This document shows, piece after piece, positions 39,938-49,634 of a stretch of 64,000 nucleotides of DNA (position 1 is the first letter of the stretch; each line of letters begins with the position of its first letter). The translations under genes and the position numbers were made by a program. This DNA comes from an uncultured Oscillospiraceae bacterium (GTDB lineage Bacteria > Bacillota > Clostridia > Oscillospirales > Oscillospiraceae). The stretch is from contig CALWON010000005.1 of assembly GCA_944383165.1 (NCBI GenBank), forward strand, positions 47-64,046, written 5' to 3'. Under the pieces are notes generated by a model that saw only the letters and a list, made by a program, of their open reading frames with translations, searched no databases and was not told where the DNA came from.

Positions 39938-41605
39938 ATGGGATTTGCAACTGCCACCCCCATGTTAAACGCATACCCTGACAGTGTTGGTGGGTGCCTG
40001 TCTGGTATGGTGCGTTTTTTGAAAAACAAAGATGTACAGAACGCATTTGGCTCTTTTTACATTTTGCCTAGTCTGTTCCATACAGATTTAGACCGTGGAT
40101 TTTCTGTGATTGATTATTCTCTCTGTGAGCAGTTCGCATCCAGAGAGGATTTGAGCGATTTAAAAGAGCTGGGAATTGACTTAAAATTGGATTTTATTTT
40201 AAATCATGCCTCTGTTCTCAGTCCTCAATTCCAACATATGTTACAGCATCCAGATTCTCCATATCAAGATTTTTTCATTAACTGGAATCAATTCTGGGAC
40301 GGCTACGGAACTATGACAGAAGATGGCTATATTCAGCCAGACAAACAGTACATAGAGCAGATGTTTTTCCGTAAACCTGGGCTTCCCATTTTAATGGTTC
40401 GTATGCCATATGGGCAGGATGTCCCCTATTGGAATACATTTTATCAAAAAGTGACTTATCAGGTTCCAACGGTTCAGCAACTTATGACTTTAGCCAATTT
40501 ACAGTATACCACTGCTGACCGCCTTCATAAATCCCTCACTGATGAGCTTGCAGGGGAAAAGTCTCCCCATGACTGTGATTTCTCAGTGGCACCAAACGCC
40601 AAAGAAGTAGTCTGCGACTATTTGGAAAATCATAGAGAATATTTAGGGCAGATGGATTTGAATATAAAATCTCCACTTGTTTGGGAATTTTATGAAAACA
40701 CATTGAAAACCTTGTCTGAATATGGTGCTTCCATTGTGCGTCTGGATGCCTTTGCCTATGCTCCCAAAGAGCCTGGTAAGAAGAATTTCTTGAATGAGCC
40801 TGGCACATGGGACCTCTTAGAACAGGTTCGCAACATCGCAGACCGGTATCACCTTCAGCTTCTCCCCGAAATCCATGCAAGCTATGGAGAAAAAATCCAT
40901 GAGAAGGTGGCCCAACAGGGGTATATGACCTATGACTTCTTCCTTCCTGGTCTTCTGATTGATGCTCTGGAGTTCCATGAAAGTGAATATCTCTGCCGCT
41001 GGGCAACCGAAATCTATGAGAAAAACATTCGAGTTGTCAACATGCTCGGCTGTCATGATGGTATTCCACTTTTAGATCTCAAAGGGTTAATTCCTGATGA
41101 GCGGATTGAAACCCTCATTGATACCGTCGTATCCCGTGGTGGATATGTGAAGAATCTCCACGGTGCAAAGAACATGTATTATCAAGTCAATGCAACCTAC
41201 TACAGTGCACTGGGAGAATCCAATGAAAAAATGCTGCTAGCCAGAGCCATCCAGCTCTTTATGCCAGGCAAACCACAGGTCTGGTACTTGGATTTATTCT
41301 GTGGAAAGAATGACCATGCCGCTGTTGCTTTGGCAGGTCCTGGCGGTCATAAGGAAATCAATCGTACCAACCTGACTATGGAACAGGTGGAAGCTGCCTA
41401 TCAAAATCCCGTTGTGAAAAAGCAACTGGAACTTCTGGCTTTCCGAAAAAATCATCCAGCCTTTGGTTTTGATTCTGAGTTCAGTGCCCAGGGAAATGGT
41501 GCAAATTTGACCTTGCATTGGAAGAATGACACCCATTTCGCCACTTTAACTGCAAATCTGGATACCTATGCCTATGAGATTACATCCAGTGAATTTCAGT
41601 CATAA
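39938..41605 (+). CDS. GH13_18 sucrose(-6F-phosphate) phosphorylase
   Basis: DRGF, DFILNH, QMDLN, VRLDAFAY (nucleophile), LPEIH (acid/base), GCHDGI, YYQVNATYYSAL, KEINR. Confidence 0.88.
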   Translation: MGFATATPMLNAYPDSVGGCLSGMVRFLKNKDVQNAFGSFYILPSLFHTDLDRGFSVIDYSLCEQFASREDLSDLKELGIDLKLDFILNHASVLSPQFQHMLQHPDSPYQDFFINWNQFWDGYGTMTEDGYIQPDKQYIEQMFFRKPGLPILMVRMPYGQDVPYWNTFYQKVTYQVPTVQQLMTLANLQYTTADRLHKSLTDELAGEKSPHDCDFSVAPNAKEVVCDYLENHREYLGQMDLNIKSPLVWEFYENTLKTLSEYGASIVRLDAFAYAPKEPGKKNFLNEPGTWDLLEQVRNIADRYHLQLLPEIHASYGEKIHEKVAQQGYMTYDFFLPGLLIDALEFHESEYLCRWATEIYEKNIRVVNMLGCHDGIPLLDLKGLIPDERIETLIDTVVSRGGYVKNLHGAKNMYYQVNATYYSALGESNEKMLLARAIQLFMPGKPQVWYLDLFCGKNDHAAVALAGPGGHKEINRTNLTMEQVEAAYQNPVVKKQLELLAFRKNHPAFGFDSEFSAQGNGANLTLHWKNDTHFATLTANLDTYAYEITSSEFQS

Positions 41606-41632
41606 GTCCATTTCAACTTAGCAAAAGATACA

Positions 41633-41672
41633 ATTCCTCCCCATATGCCACACCCAGGCATATGGGGAGAAT
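41633..41672 (+). terminator. Terminator after the phosphorylase
   Basis: ccccatatgcc-acaccca-ggcatatgggg followed by a T-run. Confidence 0.8.
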
Positions 41673-41702
41673 TTTTTTGATATAATCACAGATCCATAAT
41701 AC

Positions 41703-41743
41703 TTGACATTTGACTGTCACTGGCATATACTTAACAAAGTTAA
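41703..41743 (+). promoter_or_regulatory. Sigma-A promoter of marR-FUSC with overlapping palindromes (candidate MarR operators)
   Basis: TTGACA-17-TATACT (41703-41731). TGACA-n6-TGTCA over the -35 and TTAAC-AAA-GTTAA just after the -10. Confidence 0.7.
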
Positions 41744-41765
41744 CTATATGGAGGCTACAAATCTG

Positions 41766-42206
41766 ATGGAATGGACTGATATGATGCACTATCAGCAACA
41801 GATTCAAAAAATTATGCGTTCTCTGTTGCCAGTACAAAAAACACTACTAACAGCAAGTGAATGTGAACTATTGGCTCATCTATATCTACAACCAGAGCAA
41901 AATACGCCCAACTTACTCAGCCAAAGCAGTGGTATGAAAAAAGAGGCGGTTAGTCGGTGCCTCAAGTCTCTCTATGAAAAAAACTGCATCCATAAACAAC
42001 GACAGACTGTGGATGAGCGAAGCTACCAGTTGACCATAACAGAAATCGGTCTAGCTGAATTAAAAAAGGGCTATGAGAGCATTTTACAGCCTTTTTATGA
42101 TTTATGGCGCAGTTCTACTGAAGATTTTGAGGCATTTATGTACTATGCAGATAAACTTGCTGCACATATTGAGAAAGGACAGGAAAATACCCATGAAGTT
42201 TTATGA
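41766..42206 (+). CDS. MarR-family transcriptional regulator
   Basis: LTASECELL, KEAVSRCLKSL, DERSYQLTIT winged helix. Start behind GGAGG. Confidence 0.85.
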   Translation: MEWTDMMHYQQQIQKIMRSLLPVQKTLLTASECELLAHLYLQPEQNTPNLLSQSSGMKKEAVSRCLKSLYEKNCIHKQRQTVDERSYQLTITEIGLAELKKGYESILQPFYDLWRSSTEDFEAFMYYADKLAAHIEKGQENTHEVL

Positions 42207-43266
42207 TACACTACAGTTGGACCCCTCTATCATCAAGCAAAAAATCTCTGTATCAGTGACAAAACGGGAAAAATTATATTACTGGAATGCCATGTTCCTC
42301 CGCTCTGTGCTGATTGTAACCTTTGCCATTGTATTTATCAGCCTATTATCTGGTATGTTTGGAGCGGATAACACCCCTATGGCAGTAGCAGTGTTCTGCA
42401 TTCTATTGGGGATTCGCTTTGTCAACTTTGAATATTGTGTGGGGGATTCTCTGATTACCTTGGCAATGGCAATGCTGATTTTGGTACTGGCTCCCAGTAT
42501 TGTTGTGGTCATTCCCCCAATTTTGCTCATTCCCTTCCATTTTATCTCCTTTTTTGCTTTACTATTTATGACGACTCAAAGACCGGAAATGGGTAATGGT
42601 GGTTTATATAGTTTCGCCTACATCTACCTGACAGGTAATCCAGTGATGGGAGATGCCCTCATTAGGCGTGGGCTTCTGGCTTTGACAGGTTATCTGCTTT
42701 GTGGTGCCATTCTATTCCTGAAACACCGGAATTACCACAAAAGTATTCGTTTTCACCATGTTGTTCAAAAATTTGATGTATCTAAACTGGTTCATCTTTG
42801 GCAACTGCGTATGGCTCTTGGAGTCAGTCTTGTGTTGACTATGGGACAGGTATTTCATATCGAGCGGTTTATGTGGATGGGCTTTGCCTGTGCATCTTTA
42901 CTATCCGCCTATCCATACTCCAGTTGTACAACCACACGTTTCTGTCAGCGAATTGTAGGTGCAATCGCTGGCTCCTGTGCATTTTTTGTGCTTTATCTCA
43001 TGATCCCAGTTTCCTTTCATTCGTTGATGGGACCTTTGGGCGGGCTGTGTCTGGGCTTTTGTGTGGATTACCGATACAAAACAGCCATAAACTGTTTTGG
43101 TGCACTCATGATAGGAGCTGGGATTTATGGCGTTCAGGAAGCAGTGATATTACGCATTGCAGATACCATTTTAGGGGTCACATTTGGATTGCTCTTCTCT
43201 GTTCTTTTCCATCGGTTTGTAACAATCCCCCTTTCTCTTATCTCCAGAACGGAAACCAAGATATAA
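42193..43266 (+). CDS. FUSC-family (aromatic acid/fusaric acid exporter-like) membrane protein
   Basis: Multiple TMs, WQLRMALGVSL, RFMWMGFACASLL, QRIVGAIAGS, LRIADTILG. Confidence 0.78.
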   Translation: MKFYDTLQLDPSIIKQKISVSVTKREKLYYWNAMFLRSVLIVTFAIVFISLLSGMFGADNTPMAVAVFCILLGIRFVNFEYCVGDSLITLAMAMLILVLAPSIVVVIPPILLIPFHFISFFALLFMTTQRPEMGNGGLYSFAYIYLTGNPVMGDALIRRGLLALTGYLLCGAILFLKHRNYHKSIRFHHVVQKFDVSKLVHLWQLRMALGVSLVLTMGQVFHIERFMWMGFACASLLSAYPYSSCTTTRFCQRIVGAIAGSCAFFVLYLMIPVSFHSLMGPLGGLCLGFCVDYRYKTAINCFGALMIGAGIYGVQEAVILRIADTILGVTFGLLFSVLFHRFVTIPLSLISRTETKI

Positions 43267-43271
43267 AAATG

Positions 43272-43308
43272 TCAACAGCGTATCACTGATTTGTGATACG
43301 CTGTTGAA
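43272..43308. terminator. Bidirectional terminator between FUSC and GH3
   Basis: tcaacagcgtatcac / gtgatacgctgttga perfect inverted repeat. Confidence 0.8.
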
Positions 43309-43330
43309 CATAGTAAAAGAGGAAGGGAGA

Positions 43331-46300
43331 TTATCCCTGCTTCTTGCGAAGCCGAACCAGTTGATAGATACCAAACACTGTCATTGCACCAAATACAACA
43401 TCACATACCACAATGGCATTCTGCCACCATGTACGAACCTCCACAATTCTCATATTGGGACTGACTCCATTCATGGCATTGGAATTGGACACTGTATAAA
43501 GGATTCTCTCGGTTGCCATTCTCATGGCATTGACAACGGTTGGATTGTCCTTTTGCTCATTCAGTTTTGGGGTCCACTTATTGGCATCATTGCAATCCCA
43601 TGCATCACCACCAGCCAGAACACCCTGTATAATGTCCATATAGTCGTTGGAGTTTGAAAAATCTGTCAATGCAAAGCCCTGCATTCCCCATTCGTTTCTC
43701 AGAATATTGGTCAACAGATTATAGTCACCGCCAGCCCAAATACAACCGATACGGTTGAAGGATGTCATCACACAATATGCATTTGACTGTGCAATGGGAT
43801 ACTCAAATGCCTGAAGGTAAAGTTCACGGGCTGCCTGCTCATTGCTCCATACACTGATGCCGTCACGGGCTGTTTCCTGGTCATTGAGTGCAAAGTGCTT
43901 CATATAAGTATAGACACCTTTTGACTGGATGCCTGCCACCTCAGCGGCACAAATCATACCGGAAACGAAGGGATCTTCAGAATAATACTCAAAATTACGT
44001 CCACTGTAGGGGGTACGATGGAGGTTGACACCTGGTCCATAAATACCAGAATACACTTTACCATTTGCCAGCAGACAGTCATTTCCCATACTGCGTCCCA
44101 CTGCTTCTGTCAACTCTACATCAAAAGTTGCGGCTCTCAAATCGGCGGAGGTATAGCTGGTGGATGCCGCTCCACCGGTCAGTGTGGCAGTAATGCCCTG
44201 TGGTCCATTTTCATCTTTTGTAGCTGGCTTGTTGACACTTGCCATAGGTGCAGTGCAGTGGTACGCCTGACCAATGAGCTTACTCATCTCATTGAATGTG
44301 ACCTGATCCAGCAGGTCATCCCAGGTAAACTCCTGGTCATCCACTGTAATGGTTCCACCCTCCAGAGGTACACCAACAAACTGGGCTAAATTGAGCCCAT
44401 TGTCTGCGCCCATCGTAGGCATTTCTGTCATTTCACCCATACTGCCAGAGGAAATTGTAGAAGTCAGTGCCTCAATCATCTGCTGGTTGGCTGCAATCTG
44501 AACAGCTGCCTGATAGCTGGTTGGGGTAATTTCTGCCTTTGGCATGGTACCTGCCCAATCGCTTCGTGTGAGATAAACCACATTGTTGCTGTCATCTTCA
44601 TCAAACTTGTTTAAATCAGCGTGATTTAATTGGTTGGTAATCTCATAACCGGTTTCCAAACTCACTGCATAAGTGGTATCATCAAAGGTTTCCTGTGTAT
44701 AGCAAACTGCCAATGAGGCATCTGCCTCTCCAATCAGTTTGTACAAATCTACTGTACCATTGCTGGTATCTCCCATGGCTGCCTTTGCTGCCAAAATATG
44801 ATTCAATGCCTCATGTGCGCCATTTCCGGTAGAAAAGTAATAATTTCCTGCATCCACAATGTAGGTTTCCTTTCCGTTTGCGTCATAGGCTCTCATCTCG
44901 CTCTTGTCCACTGTCACAGTTGCTGTCACAGTCTCCCCTGCTGGAACATCTACTTTTGTGAATCCAACCAGTTCAATGGCTGCTTTCTCTACCCCATTTT
45001 CTTTATCATACTGGGTATAGGGGGACTGCATATAAATCAGAACGGACTCTTGCCCATCCATTGCCCCAACATTCGTTACATCCACCTGAAAGACAAACTG
45101 GTCTGCCTCCTCTGTGTAGGACAGGGGACCATATTCATATTCTGTATAGGATAGACCATAGCCAAATGGGAATGCCACTGTGGAGGCGTAATCATAATCC
45201 CCTACCTTTGGGTTACCCAACACAACATCCTCATACCGTGTCTCATAGTAGCGGTATCCCACATAGATACCCTCCTGATAGACCACATAATGTTCATTGT
45301 TTCCATTCTCAAAGGACAAACCGGCTGTGGCTGCGTTGGTATAAGCTGTTGCATGGGCGTTCTGTATGGCGGGAGAAGTCAGGTTATCGTAACAATAGGT
45401 ATCCACCAGACGACCAGAGGGATTGACTGTACCGTTGAGCAAATCACCAATGGAGCGTATACCGCTCTGCCCAACTTCACCAACCCACATACAGGCATCA
45501 ATTCCATAATCTTCTCCACAGAGTTCCGGCTCCAGAAAATCCAACTCTATGGCGTTGGTTGCATTGAGTAATACAATAATCTTTTGAATTTCTCCATTGG
45601 CTTTTTTCTGGCTGAGCGCTTTCAGCAAATCTTTTTCTTCCTGGCTGAGTTCCAGCAAATTGCCGTTTCCATCTCCTGCCCCATACCAAGGCAAATCTGC
45701 ACCTTCACCACAAATACGACCTAACACAACAATGGCTGCATCTCCATACTCAGAAACAGAGTCCCACTCTGTATTTGTATAGACACTCTGTGGCACCTCG
45801 TTGACAAAGAAACCTGCGTTGTCAAAAATGTAGTTGTTCAGAGAACCAGTGGCTGTTACAAGTCCATAGTCCTTGCCTGTACCTGTGCTGTAGAAATCCC
45901 AGAGCACTGGATTCACCTGAAATCCATCTTCCTCCAATGCACTTTTCAAGTCCTGTGCTGTGGATGTATCCATGCCTCCGGAACCAGTACCACCGTAGAC
46001 AAAACTTCTGGATGTGGTCCCAAACAAGCTCACCTTTGCCCCACTGGCAAGTGGAAGTGCATTTTGGCGGTTCAATAACAGGGTTGCACCATTGGCAACA
46101 ATTTGAGTACACAATTCTTCTGCGGAAACAGACTGTTCCTCACTGGAAGTAAAATCTGCTTCATAATAGATTTTTCCTGGATCTCCCACCACTTTTGTGG
46201 ATTCTGTATCCAGTACCATATTGATAATGGAAGCATAGCTGTTGGCAATCGGTCCGGCTACCATCGTAAATGCAAACAGGACCGCTGAAGTACCTGTAAA

Positions 46301-46339
46301 TATTTTCCACTTCAGTGTGCCTGTATTTTTCTTTTTCAT
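43331..46339 (-). CDS. Membrane-anchored GH3 beta-glycosidase with permuted domain order (alpha/beta sandwich, FnIII, then TIM barrel)
   Basis: LLLNRQNALPL, GTVNPSGRLVDTY, YQEGIYVGYRYYE, FPFGYGLSYT, ELVGFTK, ENGPQG, GRNFEYYSEDP, KHFALNDQET, MTSFNRIG, ALTDF. N- and C-terminal TMs. Confidence 0.92.
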   Translation of the reverse strand: MKKKNTGTLKWKIFTGTSAVLFAFTMVAGPIANSYASIINMVLDTESTKVVGDPGKIYYEADFTSSEEQSVSAEELCTQIVANGATLLLNRQNALPLASGAKVSLFGTTSRSFVYGGTGSGGMDTSTAQDLKSALEEDGFQVNPVLWDFYSTGTGKDYGLVTATGSLNNYIFDNAGFFVNEVPQSVYTNTEWDSVSEYGDAAIVVLGRICGEGADLPWYGAGDGNGNLLELSQEEKDLLKALSQKKANGEIQKIIVLLNATNAIELDFLEPELCGEDYGIDACMWVGEVGQSGIRSIGDLLNGTVNPSGRLVDTYCYDNLTSPAIQNAHATAYTNAATAGLSFENGNNEHYVVYQEGIYVGYRYYETRYEDVVLGNPKVGDYDYASTVAFPFGYGLSYTEYEYGPLSYTEEADQFVFQVDVTNVGAMDGQESVLIYMQSPYTQYDKENGVEKAAIELVGFTKVDVPAGETVTATVTVDKSEMRAYDANGKETYIVDAGNYYFSTGNGAHEALNHILAAKAAMGDTSNGTVDLYKLIGEADASLAVCYTQETFDDTTYAVSLETGYEITNQLNHADLNKFDEDDSNNVVYLTRSDWAGTMPKAEITPTSYQAAVQIAANQQMIEALTSTISSGSMGEMTEMPTMGADNGLNLAQFVGVPLEGGTITVDDQEFTWDDLLDQVTFNEMSKLIGQAYHCTAPMASVNKPATKDENGPQGITATLTGGAASTSYTSADLRAATFDVELTEAVGRSMGNDCLLANGKVYSGIYGPGVNLHRTPYSGRNFEYYSEDPFVSGMICAAEVAGIQSKGVYTYMKHFALNDQETARDGISVWSNEQAARELYLQAFEYPIAQSNAYCVMTSFNRIGCIWAGGDYNLLTNILRNEWGMQGFALTDFSNSNDYMDIIQGVLAGGDAWDCNDANKWTPKLNEQKDNPTVVNAMRMATERILYTVSNSNAMNGVSPNMRIVEVRTWWQNAIVVCDVVFGAMTVFGIYQLVRLRKKQG

Positions 46340-46375
46340 GGTACATCTCCTCCATTCAAACCTATTTTGTGTGGT

Positions 46376-46414
46376 AAAAGCTACAGAATGATGTTCTCTG
46401 CTTCTGTAGCTTTT
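46376..46414 (-). terminator. Terminator/attenuator hairpin between the lipoprotein gene and GH3
   Basis: aaaagctacagaa / ttctgtagctttt perfect 13-bp inverted repeat. Confidence 0.7.
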
Positions 46415-46422
46415 TGATAGGC

Positions 46423-47040
46423 TTAGTTACCTGTAATCTCCAGATTTTCCTCTGTCATAGATACAATACGATAGGAGAGGGAGGTATCTTCCTGATACAG
46501 AGAGGGGTCTTCTACTGTCACTGTCATTGCTTTTCCATAGGTCGACAGGAAATCAGCTGCACCGTCTTCACTGCCGCTTGGGAATGCAATGGTGGTCATG
46601 GCATCTGTCCAGTTGGCAGTGTCAAACATGCAGTTAACATTATATACATCCCTGCCAAATGCCTTACCATGCTGTTCCATGTAGATTCTGGTAGGGGCTT
46701 CCAAACTCAAATCTAGATGGGTGGTATCCCCATCCGCAGAAGGGGCTGATGTATATGTACCTGTATAAATAATGGTCTTTTCACCCTTCATACCTGGGTC
46801 TGTTGTACCAAAAATGTCTTTCTTATAGTACAATTCATAAACATCACCCTCACGGGTCACTAACATAATGTCCTCATTGGCATACCATGCAATGGCATCC
46901 AGATAGGTTGCTTTGCTGGTCATAAATGTATTTTCCATATCATTGCCACCACTGGAACCACCACAGGCTGCAAATGTCATCACAGTTCCTGCAATCATCG
47001 CAGTAAATAGTACCTGCTTGCATACGGTTTTCAGTTTCAT
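46423..47040 (-). CDS. Lipoprotein of unknown function
   Basis: Basic N-terminus, hydrophobic core, FAACGG lipobox; acidic beta-rich mature part. Confidence 0.75.
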   Translation of the reverse strand: MKLKTVCKQVLFTAMIAGTVMTFAACGGSSGGNDMENTFMTSKATYLDAIAWYANEDIMLVTREGDVYELYYKKDIFGTTDPGMKGEKTIIYTGTYTSAPSADGDTTHLDLSLEAPTRIYMEQHGKAFGRDVYNVNCMFDTANWTDAMTTIAFPSGSEDGAADFLSTYGKAMTVTVEDPSLYQEDTSLSYRIVSMTEENLEITGN

Positions 47041-47106
47041 AATCTCATTTCCTCCTTAAATTGATGGTTTTGTCTGCTCTCTATCTTTCTTACTATGTTG
47101 GTACAC

Positions 47107-47174
47107 AGTATAATAAACTACATGCCATTCCATCAAGATTTGTATCGTAACTGCCCTTTTTCCCATCGTAACTG
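47107..47174 (-). promoter_or_regulatory. LytTR-activated promoter: two CAGTTACGAT direct repeats upstream of TTGATG-18-TATACT
   Basis: ATCGTAACTG occurs exactly at 47144-47153 and 47165-47174 (21-bp period), matching the CAGTT-core direct-repeat architecture of LytTR regulators; a LytTR gene is adjacent. Confidence 0.8.
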
Positions 47175-47187
47175 ACAGAAATAAAAA

Positions 47188-47234
47188 CACACCATTTCCA
47201 GTGACCTAACGTTTGGTCACAGCAAATGGTGTGA
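47188..47234 (-). terminator. Hairpin after the histidine kinase
   Basis: cacaccattt..gtgacc / ggtcac..aaatggtgtg. Confidence 0.55.
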
Positions 47235-47239
47235 TACTG

Positions 47240-48529
47240 TTACCGCTTTTGTGATTGTTCCAATACAATGTCCAGCGAAAATATATGGTCTTGATTTTGG
47301 ATCGAAAGTGAACCTCTATATTTTGCTACGGTTTTCTCCATACTTCGAATCCCAAAACCATGGTCAGAGGAGCGGCGTGGGCTGACTGGTCGGTTTTTCT
47401 CCATTTTCAGGTCATGGTTGTACGAATTTTCTATGTGTAAGAACAGGATTTCTCCCTGCCGGCAGGCTTTTAAAACCACATACCTCTGTTCTGGGTCACA
47501 TGCCTTTGTCGCTTCTATGGCATTGTTTAATCCATTTGATAGCAGGGAATACAAATCCAACTCCTCCAAAAAATCCACATCCTGACCAGAAATCAAACAG
47601 GTGAACGGGATGTGGTCCCGTTGGCATAGGGCATGTTTTTCTGACAGTACCACATCTAATATATCATTTCCCGTTTGTACTACAATGTCATAGGCTTGAA
47701 TTGCAGTATCCAACCCTGATATCTGCTCCTTGGAAATCGGATGGTGTGTCCCATAGATCAGGGATTTCAGGTCATGGTATTTTTCGTTTACCAAATCCAC
47801 ACTCTCACATCTCAACCGGTATTGGGATTTCTGTTGTTCCATCATAATGTGCATCATTTTCATATGTTCCTGTAGACCAGTGCGTTCCATCACCCCAAAT
47901 TGAATCATCAAAATCAAAATGCCACACAGAATCCCATAGACACTTTCTGCCAGAACAGAGGTGGTATTGCGCGCTAAATTATCCTGTGTCATGCGGGCCA
48001 TTCCAATACAAACAATCAGTGTCCCAACGGAAAAAACAGCCTTTAGTTTATCGTCAAAATTCTCACTAAAGGACTTTACAGAGGAATAAAATATAAAATA
48101 GAGCCCCAGGTACACTCCACCATAGCAGATCAAATCTACCACTAAGATACCAAATTCGTGAGATGCACATTGTTGTATTACAGGAACCAATTTCAGTATC
48201 ATTTTAATATTTCCTGCAATATCCTGTGACAAATACCCAGATGCAGCAAATAGCAGGCAACTCCAAATGGACAAATCCTGTGTATACAGCAGGAAACCTG
48301 CACTCAACAAATACACCAATACACACAAAATAATCCTCTGTGGGGTCCCATTTGGAACTGGTCCCACCAAATAGGATCCCAGTTGACAGATACACACAGC
48401 AAGGACAATGTATCTGATGATCTCAAATTTCGTCCTTTTGCCCGCCTGTACCCTAACAAAGATTTGCACTGCAATCAAGGTCTGAAGCAGTAAGATGGGC
48501 AGGCGCGTTGAAGAATACCACTCTGGCAT
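47240..48529 (-). CDS. GHKL sensor histidine kinase (AgrC/VirS-like)
   Basis: About six TMs, EKYHDLK H-box, TGNDILDVVLSEK, NGLNNAIEA, HGFGIRSM. Confidence 0.88.
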   Translation of the reverse strand: MPEWYSSTRLPILLLQTLIAVQIFVRVQAGKRTKFEIIRYIVLAVCICQLGSYLVGPVPNGTPQRIILCVLVYLLSAGFLLYTQDLSIWSCLLFAASGYLSQDIAGNIKMILKLVPVIQQCASHEFGILVVDLICYGGVYLGLYFIFYSSVKSFSENFDDKLKAVFSVGTLIVCIGMARMTQDNLARNTTSVLAESVYGILCGILILMIQFGVMERTGLQEHMKMMHIMMEQQKSQYRLRCESVDLVNEKYHDLKSLIYGTHHPISKEQISGLDTAIQAYDIVVQTGNDILDVVLSEKHALCQRDHIPFTCLISGQDVDFLEELDLYSLLSNGLNNAIEATKACDPEQRYVVLKACRQGEILFLHIENSYNHDLKMEKNRPVSPRRSSDHGFGIRSMEKTVAKYRGSLSIQNQDHIFSLDIVLEQSQKR

Positions 48530-49242
48530 TAGACACCCCCTCCTTTGTATTGTCCCAATGCCATAAGAAATTGTTTGCGTTTTGCTTTGCTCATTGTCAG
48601 CTGTTGACCACCCACTTGGACATATTGGTCATCCACCCCTTCTACATACCGTAAATTCACCAAATAGCAGGAATTACAACGTGCAAAGTGAACCTCTTTT
48701 AGTAGCTGCTCGTATTTAGACAGGCTGCCCCAATGCTTCACTTCGCCCTGGTCTGTGTGGATGGTAATATCATGGTTCAAAATCTCAATAAACAGGATAG
48801 AATTTGATGCAATGCGGATGGTTTTGTTTTTTGTTTTTACCTCAATATACCGCTCCGTCTGCTCCTGCTTCCTTGCACGCAACACACGTTCTAGTTTCGA
48901 TGCAAAAAACGAGTAGGACACTGGCTTTACGATATAATCAAATGCCCTCACAGAATAGCCCTCAATGGCATACTGTGTTAGGCTTGTAATAAACAAGATT
49001 GTCACATTTTGATCCATTTCCCGTATGCGGTGTGCCACATCCATCCCGGTCATCCCTGGCAATCGAATGTCCAGCAACAACAAATCTGCATCACAGGAAT
49101 ATTCCCCTAAAAACTGTATGGGGGAGGGGTAATGTTTTGCAATGTAAGTAAACTCAAAATGTGTTTCCTGAAAGTGGATAAGATACTCTAAAAGCTGTGT
49201 CGCATAGTTCATCTCATCTTCTAAAATTATGATTTTGTACAT
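48529..49242 (-). CDS. LytTR-family response regulator
   Basis: ILEDE, LLLDIRLPG, FITS, AFDYIVKP; LytTR FARCNSCYLVNL. Confidence 0.93.
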   Translation of the reverse strand: MYKIIILEDEMNYATQLLEYLIHFQETHFEFTYIAKHYPSPIQFLGEYSCDADLLLLDIRLPGMTGMDVAHRIREMDQNVTILFITSLTQYAIEGYSVRAFDYIVKPVSYSFFASKLERVLRARKQEQTERYIEVKTKNKTIRIASNSILFIEILNHDITIHTDQGEVKHWGSLSKYEQLLKEVHFARCNSCYLVNLRYVEGVDDQYVQVGGQQLTMSKAKRKQFLMALGQYKGGGV

Positions 49243-49352
49243 AAATCTTCCCTTTCACAGCGTAACGATTCCTGTGTAATCCTATATTCTGGACTTGAAC
49301 TAGAGAATTTCTGTATATGTGCCTATGACCCCATCCTACCCTATATCATAGA

Positions 49353-49400
49353 GAAAGAAAAAACAGCTATCCCCAAAATGGAACATAACTGCTTTTTCTT
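49353..49400 (-). terminator. Terminator after the small hypothetical genes
   Basis: agaaaaaacagctat ... ataactgcttttttct imperfect inverted repeat. Confidence 0.5.
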
Positions 49401-49406
49401 CTGAGG

Positions 49407-49634
49407 TTAAATCAGACATTGGAGGCACTCTCTGCCAACTTCAATGGCTCGCTCTATGGTATCTGCACAGTGTTTCCCATCAGAAAGATCCGAGTAGGAA
49501 AACCACTCGTTCCCCATAATATCATCGCTGATTTTACGTTGCACCCATATTTCATAGAAATTCCGATTGCGATATACTTCAAAACGATATTCCTGGTTGG
49601 TTGAGTATTCTTGATAAACTAATGTGTCTCGCAT
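49407..49634 (-). CDS. Small hypothetical protein (75 aa)
   Basis: Overlaps the upstream gene's stop in operon fashion, with a GGAGGG RBS; protein-like composition. Confidence 0.6.
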   Translation of the reverse strand: MRDTLVYQEYSTNQEYRFEVYRNRNFYEIWVQRKISDDIMGNEWFSYSDLSDGKHCADTIERAIEVGRECLQCLI

